Source: Dehalococcoidia bacterium
Lineage (GTDB): Bacteria > Chloroflexota > Dehalococcoidia > Plut-88900
DNA length: 64,000 nt
NCBI GenBank assembly: GCA_965197645.1
Contig: OZ240219.1
Location: 2,144,001 to 2,208,000 of the forward strand
Direction: 5' to 3'
The notes beneath the pieces are model-generated. The model was not told where the DNA came from and made no database searches. It was given only the letters and a program-made list of their open reading frames with translations. The translations under genes were made by a program, and so were the position numbers. Positions 47,038-56,115 of this stretch are shown piece after piece. Within the stretch, counting starts at the first letter, position 1. Each line of letters opens with the position of its first letter.

Positions 47038-48276
47038 ATGAAAGCCCTCCTCTTCAAGAAGAGCATCCCCAGATATCTATGGACTCGTGTACTGACCTCG
47101 GGATCGTCCAGGTTGGCTACAGCGCCGGGTTCCTGCCTGTCCCTGCAGGACGTTCCGGCCCCCCGTTTGCCCAACTCCTCCTGGGTACGGGTGAGGCCTC
47201 TCCTCAGCGGTATATGCGGCTCTGATCTATCGGTGATCAGGTGCCAGGGAAGCGCCTTTCTTTCCGGCATGACCTCTTTCCCGTTCATCCCGGGGCACGA
47301 GGTGTACGGGGAGGTGATCGAGACGGGACCGGAGGTGAAGACCGTCGGCCTCGAAGATCGGGTCGTGGTGGAGCCTGCCCTCGGCTGTGAAGTCCGAGGT
47401 TTCCCGGATCTCTGTACGGCATGTCGGGACGGCAGGCATGCCAACTGCCTGCGGGTTACTCAAGGAGACATTGCAGAAGGCCTGCAAACAGGTTTTTGTC
47501 GCAGTGTCGGCGGTGGCTGGGGAGACCAGCTGGTCGCCCACCAAAGCCAGCTTCACAAAACTGCACCGGACCTGCCGGCCGAGGCCGCCGTGCTGGTGGA
47601 GCCCTTCAGCTGCGCCGTACACGCGGTGTTGCGATCTGGCGTTGGCCAAAACGACCGTGTGTTGGTAGTGGGTTGCGGCCCCATCGGGCTCCTCACCGTC
47701 GCTGCGTTGCGGAGCCTGGTGGCCAACTGCGAGATCGTCGTCGTTGCTAAACATCCGCATCAGCGGGCGCTGGCACAATCTCTCGGAGCCGACCACATCG
47801 TCTCAGAGGGGCAGAAGGGCTACGAAAGGCTGGCCAGCCTAACCGAGGCGCAGATCAGGAAGACGGCCCTGGGCAAACCAGCCGTTCTAGGTGGTTTCTC
47901 CCACGTTTTCGAGTGTGTCGGTTCGCCGGGGGCGCTGGAAGACGCCGTGCGGTGGGCATCGGACAACGGAACCGTGATGATGCAGGGAATGCCCTCCGGG
48001 GCAGGGGCCGATCTGGTACCCTTGTGGTACAAGCAGGTCAGCCTAGTCGGGAGCTACGCCTACGGATTGGAAGACGTGAAGGGCGGACCGGTCAAGACCT
48101 TCCAGCTGGCGTTGGACCTGATGAGAAAGGACGGGCTGGCCGAAAGGCTGGCCCAACTGGTGCGGCACAAGTACCCGTTGAGCCGCTACAAAGAGGCCAT
48201 CTATACGGCTATGCACGCCGGACGGTTGGGCAGTGTGAAGACCGTCTTCGATGTCACCGACGGCGCTCTAAACTAG
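47038..48276 (+). CDS. Zn-dependent alcohol/polyol dehydrogenase
   Basis: SGICGSD, PGHE, four-Cys structural Zn site, GCGPIG. Confidence 0.88.
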   Translation: MKALLFKKSIPRYLWTRVLTSGSSRLATAPGSCLSLQDVPAPRLPNSSWVRVRPLLSGICGSDLSVIRCQGSAFLSGMTSFPFIPGHEVYGEVIETGPEVKTVGLEDRVVVEPALGCEVRGFPDLCTACRDGRHANCLRVTQGDIAEGLQTGFCRSVGGGWGDQLVAHQSQLHKTAPDLPAEAAVLVEPFSCAVHAVLRSGVGQNDRVLVVGCGPIGLLTVAALRSLVANCEIVVVAKHPHQRALAQSLGADHIVSEGQKGYERLASLTEAQIRKTALGKPAVLGGFSHVFECVGSPGALEDAVRWASDNGTVMMQGMPSGAGADLVPLWYKQVSLVGSYAYGLEDVKGGPVKTFQLALDLMRKDGLAERLAQLVRHKYPLSRYKEAIYTAMHAGRLGSVKTVFDVTDGALN

Positions 48277-48288
48277 ACGAGGACAAAC

Positions 48289-49899
48289 ATGGCGAAAACC
48301 CCTACCCAAGCCCTTGAACTGGACAAGGAGAAGCTTGTCACCCGAGTGGAGAAGTCAGGCGAGCGGTATCTGTTCTTCTACGGCGAGGGGTTTCGGTACG
48401 AGAAGCTGCCGGTGGGAACGCGAGTCGTCTACCCGCCTCCACCCCTCCCCCCCATCGAAGACGTGGACGCGGCCATCGAGCAGGCACTGGAGAACCCACT
48501 GGACGCCGATCCGCTCTCGGCCCAGCTCCGAGCCGGGATGAAGCTGACCATCGCCTTCGACGACATCTCCCTGCCCCTGCCCCCGATGCGTTCGCCCGAC
48601 ATCCGGAAGAGGGTCATCGAGAAGGTGGTCGCCAAAGCGACAGAGCGCGGCGTCGAGGACATCCACCTCATCGCGGCCCTGGGTCTTCATCGCTCCATGA
48701 CCCCCGGCGAGCTGAAGGGAATCTTGGGTCGAAAGCTGTTCAACCAGTTTCACCCGGACAGGCTGTACAACTTCGATGCCGAGGACAAGGAGAACCTCAT
48801 AGTCCTGGGAAAGACCTCCCGCGGGCAGGAGGTGGAGATATCCCGAAGGGTGGGCGAGTCGGACCTGCTGGTGTACGTCAACATCAACCTGGTCTCCATG
48901 GATGGGGGCGAGAAATCGATCAACACGGGGCTGGTCAGCTATCGCAGCATCCGCCATCATCACAACGTCGATACGCTGATGCACTCCGAGTCCTACATGG
49001 ACCCGACGAGGTCAGCCCTCCACGACGCCTGCCAGGGCATGCAGACCGTAGTCGACGAGAACCTCAAGGTGTTCAAGATCGAGACCGCCATCAACACCAA
49101 CGCCTTCCCATCGGTCCTGAGGCACCTCCAGATGCAGGAGTCCGAGTGGAAGATATGGGACAGAGCGACATTCCATGCCAACCGGTTGTCCCTGGACCGC
49201 ATGCCCTTCCAGCTCCGCTGGAACATATTCCAGAAGATGAAGTCTCCCTACGGGATGACCGACATCGCCGCCGGCGCCACTGCCCCGGTGCACGATCAGA
49301 TACTGAGCAGCGTATACCGGCAGCAGGCTGTACCCGTATCCGGTCAGGCCGACGTGATGGTGTTAGGGATGCCGTACCTCAGTCCCTACAACGTCAACTC
49401 CTATTTGAACCCGATACTGGTCCACGTTCTTGGAGTGGGGTACGTCTTCAATCTGTATCGCGGGAAGCCGTTGGTCCGTCGAGGCGGGGTGATGATATTC
49501 ACCCATCCCCTCGAAGAACGGTTCAACGAGACCCACCATCCGTCATACGTGGACTTCTATAACAACGTGCTGACCGAGACACGGGACGCCGCCGAGATCG
49601 AGTCCCGGTTCGAGGAGGAGTTCGCTCACAACCAGCGATACATAGACCTGTACCGAAACTCCTACGCCTACCACGGCGTCCATCCCTTCTACATGTGGTA
49701 CTGGGCCTGCTACGGCCAGGATTATCTGGGCAGGATCATCGTGGTGGGCGCAAAGGACAAGGCAGTGGCCGACAGGCTGGGATACGAGACCGCCCCCAAC
49801 ATGGAGATGGCCCTCGCCATGGCCCAGGATACCGTAGGCAACAACCCCGAAATATCCATGTACCACTTCCCGCCCATATTCCTGTGCGACGTAGACTAG
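48289..49899 (+). CDS. LarA/DUF2088 (lactate racemase domain)-like protein
   Basis: ALENP....PL, IAFDDISLP, ALGLHRSMT, GGEKS. Confidence 0.75.
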   Translation: MAKTPTQALELDKEKLVTRVEKSGERYLFFYGEGFRYEKLPVGTRVVYPPPPLPPIEDVDAAIEQALENPLDADPLSAQLRAGMKLTIAFDDISLPLPPMRSPDIRKRVIEKVVAKATERGVEDIHLIAALGLHRSMTPGELKGILGRKLFNQFHPDRLYNFDAEDKENLIVLGKTSRGQEVEISRRVGESDLLVYVNINLVSMDGGEKSINTGLVSYRSIRHHHNVDTLMHSESYMDPTRSALHDACQGMQTVVDENLKVFKIETAINTNAFPSVLRHLQMQESEWKIWDRATFHANRLSLDRMPFQLRWNIFQKMKSPYGMTDIAAGATAPVHDQILSSVYRQQAVPVSGQADVMVLGMPYLSPYNVNSYLNPILVHVLGVGYVFNLYRGKPLVRRGGVMIFTHPLEERFNETHHPSYVDFYNNVLTETRDAAEIESRFEEEFAHNQRYIDLYRNSYAYHGVHPFYMWYWACYGQDYLGRIIVVGAKDKAVADRLGYETAPNMEMALAMAQDTVGNNPEISMYHFPPIFLCDVD

Positions 49900-49902
49900 A
49901 CA

Positions 49903-50811
49903 ATGGATATAGGTCAGCGTTGGACGGTGATCGCCAACCCCGTATCGGGAAAGGGTAAGGGGCGAAAGCTGGGCGGCCGGGTTGCTAGGCTGCTGGCCCG
50001 TTCCGGCGTAGAGTCCAACCTCCTCTGGACCAGCGGCCCCGGAGATGCGGAACGGCTGGCCGGCGAGTCGATATCCAAGGGAGTTGACGGCATAGTTGCC
50101 TGTGGCGGCGACGGCACTCTTCACGAGGTGGTCAACGGCGTGTACGGCTCTTCCGAGCACCCCGAAACCGTGCCCATCGCCGTGGCTCCCGCCGGCCGGT
50201 GCAACGATTTCCGCCGCACCCTGAATCTGCCTAAAGAGCCGATGGAGACCGTAGGAAGTATCGTGGATGGCTCCATCAAGCGGGTAGACCTTGGACGGAT
50301 CGAGGGCCGCTACTTCACCACGGTGGCAACCCTGGGCTTCGATAGCGCCGTGAGCCGGTACGTAGCCAGCGGCAGACATCCCTTCTTTCTCACCGGCGCC
50401 CCAGCCTACGTGTACGCAGTCCTCGCTCAGCTGATCAGCTACCACGATGTCCCGGTCAGATTGAAGGGGGACTCTCTGGACTTCGAAGGCGCCGTCTTCC
50501 TCGCTGCCACGGGCAACACCCCCGTCTATGGCGGCGCCATGAAGATAGCCCCCAGCGCCGTGGCGGACGATGGCTTCTTGGACCTGTGCCTCGTCAGGTC
50601 CGTCAATCGCTGGGAGGTGCTGAAGATGCTGCCTCGGATATTCAATGGGGGCCACGTCCACCATCCGGCGGTATCAATGCACCGGCTAACCCGATTGGCC
50701 ATCGAATCGGACGAGAGCCTTCCCGTCTGGGCGGACGGTGAGCCGATGGCGCAGACGCCGACAACCATAGAGGTGGTGCCCGAGGGTCTCTCTATAGTGG
50801 CGCCGGGGTAG
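49903..50811 (+). CDS. Diacylglycerol/lipid kinase family protein (YegS/DgkB)
   Basis: NPVSGKG, GGDGTLHEVVNG, PAG..NDF, GFDS, YGG, DDG, ADGE. Confidence 0.9.
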   Translation: MDIGQRWTVIANPVSGKGKGRKLGGRVARLLARSGVESNLLWTSGPGDAERLAGESISKGVDGIVACGGDGTLHEVVNGVYGSSEHPETVPIAVAPAGRCNDFRRTLNLPKEPMETVGSIVDGSIKRVDLGRIEGRYFTTVATLGFDSAVSRYVASGRHPFFLTGAPAYVYAVLAQLISYHDVPVRLKGDSLDFEGAVFLAATGNTPVYGGAMKIAPSAVADDGFLDLCLVRSVNRWEVLKMLPRIFNGGHVHHPAVSMHRLTRLAIESDESLPVWADGEPMAQTPTTIEVVPEGLSIVAPG

Positions 50812-50833
50812 CCCGGCCTCTCCACGACGCGAA

Positions 50834-50872
50834 AAGAGGCGCCCCGATTTGACCGGAGCGCCTCTTCTCTTT
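50834..50872 (+). terminator. Intrinsic terminator of the lipid operon
   Basis: AAGAGGCGC...GCGCCTCTT hairpin followed by CTCTTT. Confidence 0.7.
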
Positions 50873-51015
50873 CAGCCTGTCCTATAAAGACGGATGTTTT
50901 TCTCCCAGCCGCCCGCCCTCAGACGGTTTTGTAGCCGGGGGCACATCCCCCAAGCCCCCTGCCAGAGGGAAGTTTCCCTCTGGACTCCCTCTATTCGAGG
51001 TTCTCAGGCAGGCTT
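50873..51015. mobile_element. Degenerate MITE copy (family A)
   Basis: Colinear with 52778-52920 (CCGCCCGCCCTC, GGGGGCACATCCCCC, CCAGAGGGAAGTTTCCCTCTGG); eroded terminal repeats. Confidence 0.7.
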
Positions 51016-51032
51016 GTCGGCCCTCTGGGGAA

Positions 51033-52205
51033 TCAGTTCATGTGGTATTCCCGCAGCATGTTGGCGCCGAGGATCTTGGTCTGGTCCTCCTCCGAAAGCT
51101 CGCTGATGTTCTTCTTCAGCGAACCCAGCGGGTCGCCATGTCCCTCGGGGTGGGGGTAATCGGAGCCCCAGCCCAGCTTGTGGGCCCCTACCAACTGGGC
51201 CATGGAGGTGAAGGTGGGCTCGTCGGCCTCACCGGTTATCCAGCACTGACGCTCGAAGTACTCGCTCGGCATCATCTTCATCTTGGTGTTGGTGACGTAA
51301 CCGGTCTTGTAGAACTCCCGCCGGTCAATCTTCTCGTCCATCAGGTACAGCCAGTGGGCGATCCACCCACAGCCCGTCTCAACCACACCCAGGCTCAGAT
51401 TGGGGAATCGATCGAAGACCGCTCCCTGGAAGAAGCTGGTGAAGGCCAGCTGGCAGTCCCCGTTGAAGTAGACGTTGAAAAACCAGGGGTTGACCGTCCA
51501 GCTCGATGGGTAGAGCTCGTGGCCGACGTGCTTCGGAGTGCTGCTCACGTGTATCCCTATCGGCAGCCCGATCTCTTCGCACTCGGCCCAGAAGGGATCG
51601 TAGTACTCCTCGCCATAGGGGATGCCGTTGGTGGGGTTGGGGAACAGATATACGCCCTTTACGCCCCGCTCGGCGGCTCGGCGCACTTCCTTCACGGCCA
51701 GGTTAACATCCATCAGCGATATCGACGCCGTGGCGATGAGCCGGTCCGGATAGGGCTTGCAGAAATCTGTGATCCAGTCGTTGTAGACGCTGGTGTGGGC
51801 GGCCGCCAGCTCGGCGTCACCGCACTCGGATTGCCAGTTCAGTCCCAGCGAGGGGTAGAGGACAGAGACATCGATACCGTGCTCATCGTTCCATGCGACA
51901 CGGGCGTGGGGATCGGTGCCACCCGGAATCTGGCTGATCTCCCAGTCCAGGGTGCCGGGAACGAAGCCATCCTTCGTCCGTCGGGAGATCTCATCGTCCA
52001 ACCCGCCCAGGCCTCCGAGGAGCCCACCATTGAGACAGGCGGACTTCTTGCCGTCTATCTCCAGGTACTCCAGCTGGTCCTCGCCCCTGGAGATGCGCAT
52101 TGCCCTATCCCGGTACTTCGGATCCAGGTTGTCCAGCCACAGACGCCCCGGCTCCAGGATGTGGCCATCCGCGTCGACTATTTTGCTGCCATTGGTCCCC
52201 GCCAT
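51033..52205 (-). CDS. Amidohydrolase_2 family protein
   Basis: DADGHILEP, YNDW, YDPFW, IH, ETG.GW, WGSDYPH. Confidence 0.88.
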   Translation of the reverse strand: MAGTNGSKIVDADGHILEPGRLWLDNLDPKYRDRAMRISRGEDQLEYLEIDGKKSACLNGGLLGGLGGLDDEISRRTKDGFVPGTLDWEISQIPGGTDPHARVAWNDEHGIDVSVLYPSLGLNWQSECGDAELAAAHTSVYNDWITDFCKPYPDRLIATASISLMDVNLAVKEVRRAAERGVKGVYLFPNPTNGIPYGEEYYDPFWAECEEIGLPIGIHVSSTPKHVGHELYPSSWTVNPWFFNVYFNGDCQLAFTSFFQGAVFDRFPNLSLGVVETGCGWIAHWLYLMDEKIDRREFYKTGYVTNTKMKMMPSEYFERQCWITGEADEPTFTSMAQLVGAHKLGWGSDYPHPEGHGDPLGSLKKNISELSEEDQTKILGANMLREYHMN

Positions 52206-52301
52206 AGTGCACTCCTTCCAAACTCGCAACACCCGAGTAGCAGTTGGTTGACTCGATTATAGTTAAAGGACTGGTGCAGGTCAAAACCTGGGCAACGGGC
52301 T

Positions 52302-52691
52302 CTAGCTGCTCGGGAACTCCACCCTGACCAGGGGAGCCCTGGAGAGCCAGTTGTCCAGGTCATCGCCATACCCAAGTCTTGCCGTGATCTCGCCCAGGAT
52401 GCGCCGGCGCTCGCCCTCCTCGAAAATCGGACTCGCCTTCGCCGGGATGTCGGCGGTGGCGTTGTGCTTCAGGTGAAAGGTGAACTCCGGGTTGGCGATC
52501 ATGTTGGCCAACCATCCCCGGGAGCCCGGCGTTCCGGTGATGTAGATTTCATCTTCCAGGTTGTGGAACCATATCTCCACCCTCCGCGGCGTTCCCGATC
52601 TTCTGCCCGTGGTGGTTATATCTATGGTGCGGTCCCATTCGGTGGCGTCTTTGGTCAGCGCCTCTTTGATGTCGTCCTGCATGTTAGTCAC
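52302..52691 (-). CDS. Deazaflavin (F420)-dependent nitroreductase family protein
   Basis: ITTTGRRSG.PR..EIWF, R.WLANM.ANP. Confidence 0.8.
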   Translation of the reverse strand: MTNMQDDIKEALTKDATEWDRTIDITTTGRRSGTPRRVEIWFHNLEDEIYITGTPGSRGWLANMIANPEFTFHLKHNATADIPAKASPIFEEGERRRILGEITARLGYGDDLDNWLSRAPLVRVEFPSS

Positions 52692-52734
52692 TCCAGTGCC
52701 CTCATCCTAGCAGCGTGCTGATAAACACTGTCAA

Positions 52735-53015
52735 TCATTACCCCACCCTCCTTCCTGACCTGGAAAAATAGAGAACAGAGCTTGTCTCAAAAGTACGGAC
52801 GTCTTAGTCCCAACCGCCCGCCCTCGGAAGGTTTTGTAGCTGGGGGAACATCCCCCAGGCCCCCTGCCAGAGGGAAGTTTCCCTCTGGACTCTCTCAAAG
52901 CAGGGTTCTGAGACAGGCTCAACAAAGATAATTTCTGAGGGAGGCCCTTTCAGCGGGCTCAGGGCAGGCTCTCAGACTCCTGACAAAGGGGTGAAGCCCC
53001 TCTGCACACCCCAGA
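52735..53015. repeat. Family C repeat interrupted by a family A MITE
   Basis: Flanks rejoin to match the reverse complement of 62684-62780 and resemble 11943-12060. Confidence 0.7.
52778..52920. mobile_element. 143-bp MITE with 15-bp terminal inverted repeats and a 4-bp target-site duplication
   Basis: GAGCTTGTCTCAAAA...TTCTGAGACAGGCTC (13/15 inverted match); AACA at 52774-52777 and 52921-52924. Confidence 0.85.
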
Positions 53016-53031
53016 TTTTATCGGCGTGATG

Positions 53032-53451
53032 TTACCAACGCTGGCCGTAAGCGTGGTCCGGTTTTATCAGGACTATCGCTCTGCGGTCCTCTTTCATAAC
53101 CCGGTCGTACTCCTCCCAGTCCGGGTGCTCCCCTCCGCCGCACGCTCGGTACGCATCCCTGAGCTCCAGTCGAAGCTTCTCGTGGTCCGTGTTGTCCCAA
53201 TCGGTAACCTCCACCCTGCCTTCTATCACGGCCCACTCGCCCCAGTTCCCGCTCACGACTATCACCGTGCAGCGGGGGTCTCTCGCCAGGTTCTTGAGCT
53301 TGGCCGAGCTGCCAATCAGGACTGTCACCACTCCCTCTTTGTAGGCGCCCGCATTGACCACGCTCGTCTGGGCGGCCCCGTTTCTTCGAAACGTGGTTAT
53401 CACTGCATTGTTGTGTTCCTCGAAAAAGGATCTCCAGTCCTCGAAACTCAT
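53032..53451 (-). CDS. PPOX-class F420-dependent oxidoreductase
   Basis: TFRRNGAAQ.S.V, AKLKNLARDPR, GEHPDWEEY..VM..DRR. Confidence 0.85.
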   Translation of the reverse strand: MSFEDWRSFFEEHNNAVITTFRRNGAAQTSVVNAGAYKEGVVTVLIGSSAKLKNLARDPRCTVIVVSGNWGEWAVIEGRVEVTDWDNTDHEKLRLELRDAYRACGGGEHPDWEEYDRVMKEDRRAIVLIKPDHAYGQRW

Positions 53452-53577
53452 CTATTCCTCCTTTGAGTGAGACTAGCAGGGTGTTGATAAATTCTACTTG
53501 TCTCCCATTGCTCTCGTCCGGCTGCCCCTGGCAGTACAACTTGCCGGTTACCGTATCTTCTATTGTACTATGACGGT

Positions 53578-54651
53578 ATGAGACCAACGAGTCTGTTCCC
53601 AACCACAGTCGTCGGCTCGATGCCCCGGCCGTTGTACATCCAGGACCTGGTAAATGATAGAGTCGCCGGACGGTTGTCCTTCGCCGAGTTCCAGCGGCTG
53701 ATGGACCGGGCCATCCCCGTTGTTGTTCAGATGCAAGAGCAGGCCGGGATAGAGATTGTGTCCGACGGCGAGTGGAGGAGGGTCTCCTACTCCGATGTCA
53801 TCGCCGACATCTGCGACGGCTTTCAATACATGACCAAAGAGGTCCAGGGTGAGATACAGAGGGTCCCGGTGGTGGTGGGAGAGCTGAAACCTATCAGACC
53901 CGGACGGTTCGCCGAGGAGGCCCGGTTCCTCAAGACAGTGACCGATAGCAGGATTAAAATTGCTATGCCGTCGCCCTTCCTGCTGGGAGAGCGGCTGTGG
54001 GACCCGGACTACTCTTCCCATGCCTACCCCACGAGAAAGGACTTTACCGAGGCGCTGCTCCCCATTCTCCGGCAGGAGCTTGTACATCTTCGGGACGAAG
54101 ACACCGACATCGCCCAGTTCGACGACACCCAGTTCTGCCTCTTCGTCGATGCTGAGAACCGTGCCCGCTATGCCGACCCCGTCGCAGAGATGGACTACTG
54201 CGTCGATATGCTCAACCGCATCGTGGAGGGCATCAAGGGCATCACCCTCGCCGTACACCTGTGTCGCCGCTACAAAGGGAGATCCGGCTGGTTCGGGGAG
54301 GGCGGCTACGATGCCATACTCCCCGCATTGAGCAAGCTGGACGTGGACCTTCTTCTGATGGAGTTCGCCATGCCCATGTCAGGGGGCATGGATGTGCTCG
54401 AGAAACTGCCCGAGAGGATGAGTCTCGGCATCGGTTGCATCGATGTCCGCAACCCGGACACGGAGACCCCTGGCCAGGTAGTCGAAAGGATACAGTCGGC
54501 CCTTAGCTTCGTAGCCCCGGAAAGGGTGTACATGCAGCCCGATTGCGGTTTCGCTCCCGGCAGCGACATGGACATCTCTCTGGATGAGGCTTACGGCAAG
54601 CTGGCAAGCATGGGTGAGGCGGCGCGCATGCTTCGCCACAACCACGCTTAG
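53578..54651 (+). CDS. Cobalamin-independent methionine synthase II family protein (C-terminal domain only)
   Basis: TTVVGSMPRP, SDGEWRR, HLC, MEFA, PDCGF Zn ligands. Confidence 0.85.
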   Translation: MRPTSLFPTTVVGSMPRPLYIQDLVNDRVAGRLSFAEFQRLMDRAIPVVVQMQEQAGIEIVSDGEWRRVSYSDVIADICDGFQYMTKEVQGEIQRVPVVVGELKPIRPGRFAEEARFLKTVTDSRIKIAMPSPFLLGERLWDPDYSSHAYPTRKDFTEALLPILRQELVHLRDEDTDIAQFDDTQFCLFVDAENRARYADPVAEMDYCVDMLNRIVEGIKGITLAVHLCRRYKGRSGWFGEGGYDAILPALSKLDVDLLLMEFAMPMSGGMDVLEKLPERMSLGIGCIDVRNPDTETPGQVVERIQSALSFVAPERVYMQPDCGFAPGSDMDISLDEAYGKLASMGEAARMLRHNHA

Positions 54652-54733
54652 CCTCGATTTGCCCCGGAAGTCCCGACCAAGTATCCTGTGCGGCGGATTG
54701 ATACCCTCAGAAAGATCAACCAGGAGGCGAACT

Positions 54734-55129
54734 ATGGAGACAAGAAACGTAATGCCGTGGACCTGGTCGGAAGCCGCCGGGTTTGTTCAGGCGAAAGAGA
54801 TATCTGGCGTGGAGAAGGTCCTTATCTGTTCCGGCCAGACCTCGGTGGATGCCGATGGCAACGCGATGCACGCGGGAGACATGGCCGCCCAGATCGCCCA
54901 GGCCCTGGACAACCTGAAGACGGTGCTGGACGATGCTGGGTTCAGTATGACGGACATCGTGCGGCTGAATTACTACGTCACCGATCTTGACCTGTTCCTG
55001 GAGTCGGAAGAAAAGGGTGCGAAACTCCTTGTCGACGAGGGAGTTCAACCAACCAGCACCTTGCTGGGTGTAACGGCCCTCTTCCTTCCAGAGCTGATGG
55101 TGGAGATCGAAGTCACCGCTATGAAGTAG
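54734..55129 (+). CDS. RidA/YjgF family protein
   Basis: SGQTS, DIVRLNYYVTD, STLLGVTAL..PELMVEIE; RBS AGGAGG. Confidence 0.85.
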   Translation: METRNVMPWTWSEAAGFVQAKEISGVEKVLICSGQTSVDADGNAMHAGDMAAQIAQALDNLKTVLDDAGFSMTDIVRLNYYVTDLDLFLESEEKGAKLLVDEGVQPTSTLLGVTALFLPELMVEIEVTAMK

Positions 55130-55159
55130 ACTCGACATAACGTACCTCAGGAGGCAGCT

Positions 55160-55678
55160 ATGGACGCCCGAGATCTGACCGAGAGCGCCTTGAACGAGCT
55201 GGACGGGGACCTGACGGACAGCCTGAACGGCCTTGCCACAACGGAACTTGCCTGGCAGCCCAGCAATGAGGCCAACTCCATACTGTTCAACTTCTGGCAT
55301 CTCATCCGAGCCGAAGATCTTTGGGTGAACGTTCTGGCTCAAGACAAGGCCAGCGTCTTCGAGAAGGCCGGCTGGGCCGAGAAGTGGGGCCTTCCAGTGG
55401 GAGATACGGGCTACGGCTATACCGCCGAGAAGCTTGCGTCCTTTCCCCAAATCCCCATCGATGAGCTCCGGGCGTACTACGCTGAGGTAAGAAGGGTAAG
55501 CCTTGCTTACCTCGGGACCCTCAACCCTTCGGACCTCGATCAGCCGCTTAGGGTGGAGCGTCCCGGGCGCGAGGGGCTCAATGTGGGGGGCATGTTCGCC
55601 CACGTCCTTTGCGAGTTGGGCCAGCACGTCGGCCACATCCGATACCTGCGAGGCCTGCAGCGGGGCATGAACAAATAG
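55160..55678 (+). CDS. DinB family protein
   Basis: NSI...WHL...ED, H....GQHVGHI.YLRG. Confidence 0.85.
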   Translation: MDARDLTESALNELDGDLTDSLNGLATTELAWQPSNEANSILFNFWHLIRAEDLWVNVLAQDKASVFEKAGWAEKWGLPVGDTGYGYTAEKLASFPQIPIDELRAYYAEVRRVSLAYLGTLNPSDLDQPLRVERPGREGLNVGGMFAHVLCELGQHVGHIRYLRGLQRGMNK

Positions 55679-55754
55679 GGGGTGCGGTCCAGCATTACCG
55701 TTCCTCTCCCGTATGAATGCCGGGACTGGAGTTCGTCTCGAGAGGACTGACGTT

Positions 55755-56010
55755 CCCCTCAGGACTAACTCCCCCTCGCCCGCAACCACCACGACCGAAG
55801 GACTGAATCCATACCCTCGTCATCGCAAGGCCCGACAAAGTCGGGGCGTGGTAATCTACGGTCAGGCTTCCTTCCAAATGCACGGCACCTGGGTTGATGG
55901 AAAGGCGCCCCACCCCAAGTGGCTCTGCCCTCCCACCCGCCCTGGGACGTTATTATATCTGGGGGCACATCCCCCAGGCCCGCTGCCAGAGGGAAGCCCT
56001 CTGGACTCCC
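55755..56010. repeat. Composite intergenic repeat (family B modules plus family A core)
   Basis: Colinear with 62445-62646 (TGAATCCATACC, GTCATCGC..CCCGAC..GTCGGGGCGTGG.AATCT, GGGGGCACATCCCCCAGGCCC). Confidence 0.75.
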
Positions 56011-56115
56011 AGGATTGGATCCGCCGGCACCCCGCCCTTGGACTGAGAAACAACCCACCACGGGAGAAAGTGCGCCCCGGAGCCCTTACCGACCGGAGAA
56101 TTCCGTGGCGAAAGC

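Noticed and set aside
48289-49899. True lactate racemase larA
   Set aside because: Longer and divergent, in a lipid operon, and no larBCE in the window
53578-54651. Full-length metE
   Set aside because: Only the C-terminal Zn domain is present; the folate-binding half is missing and the function is uncertain
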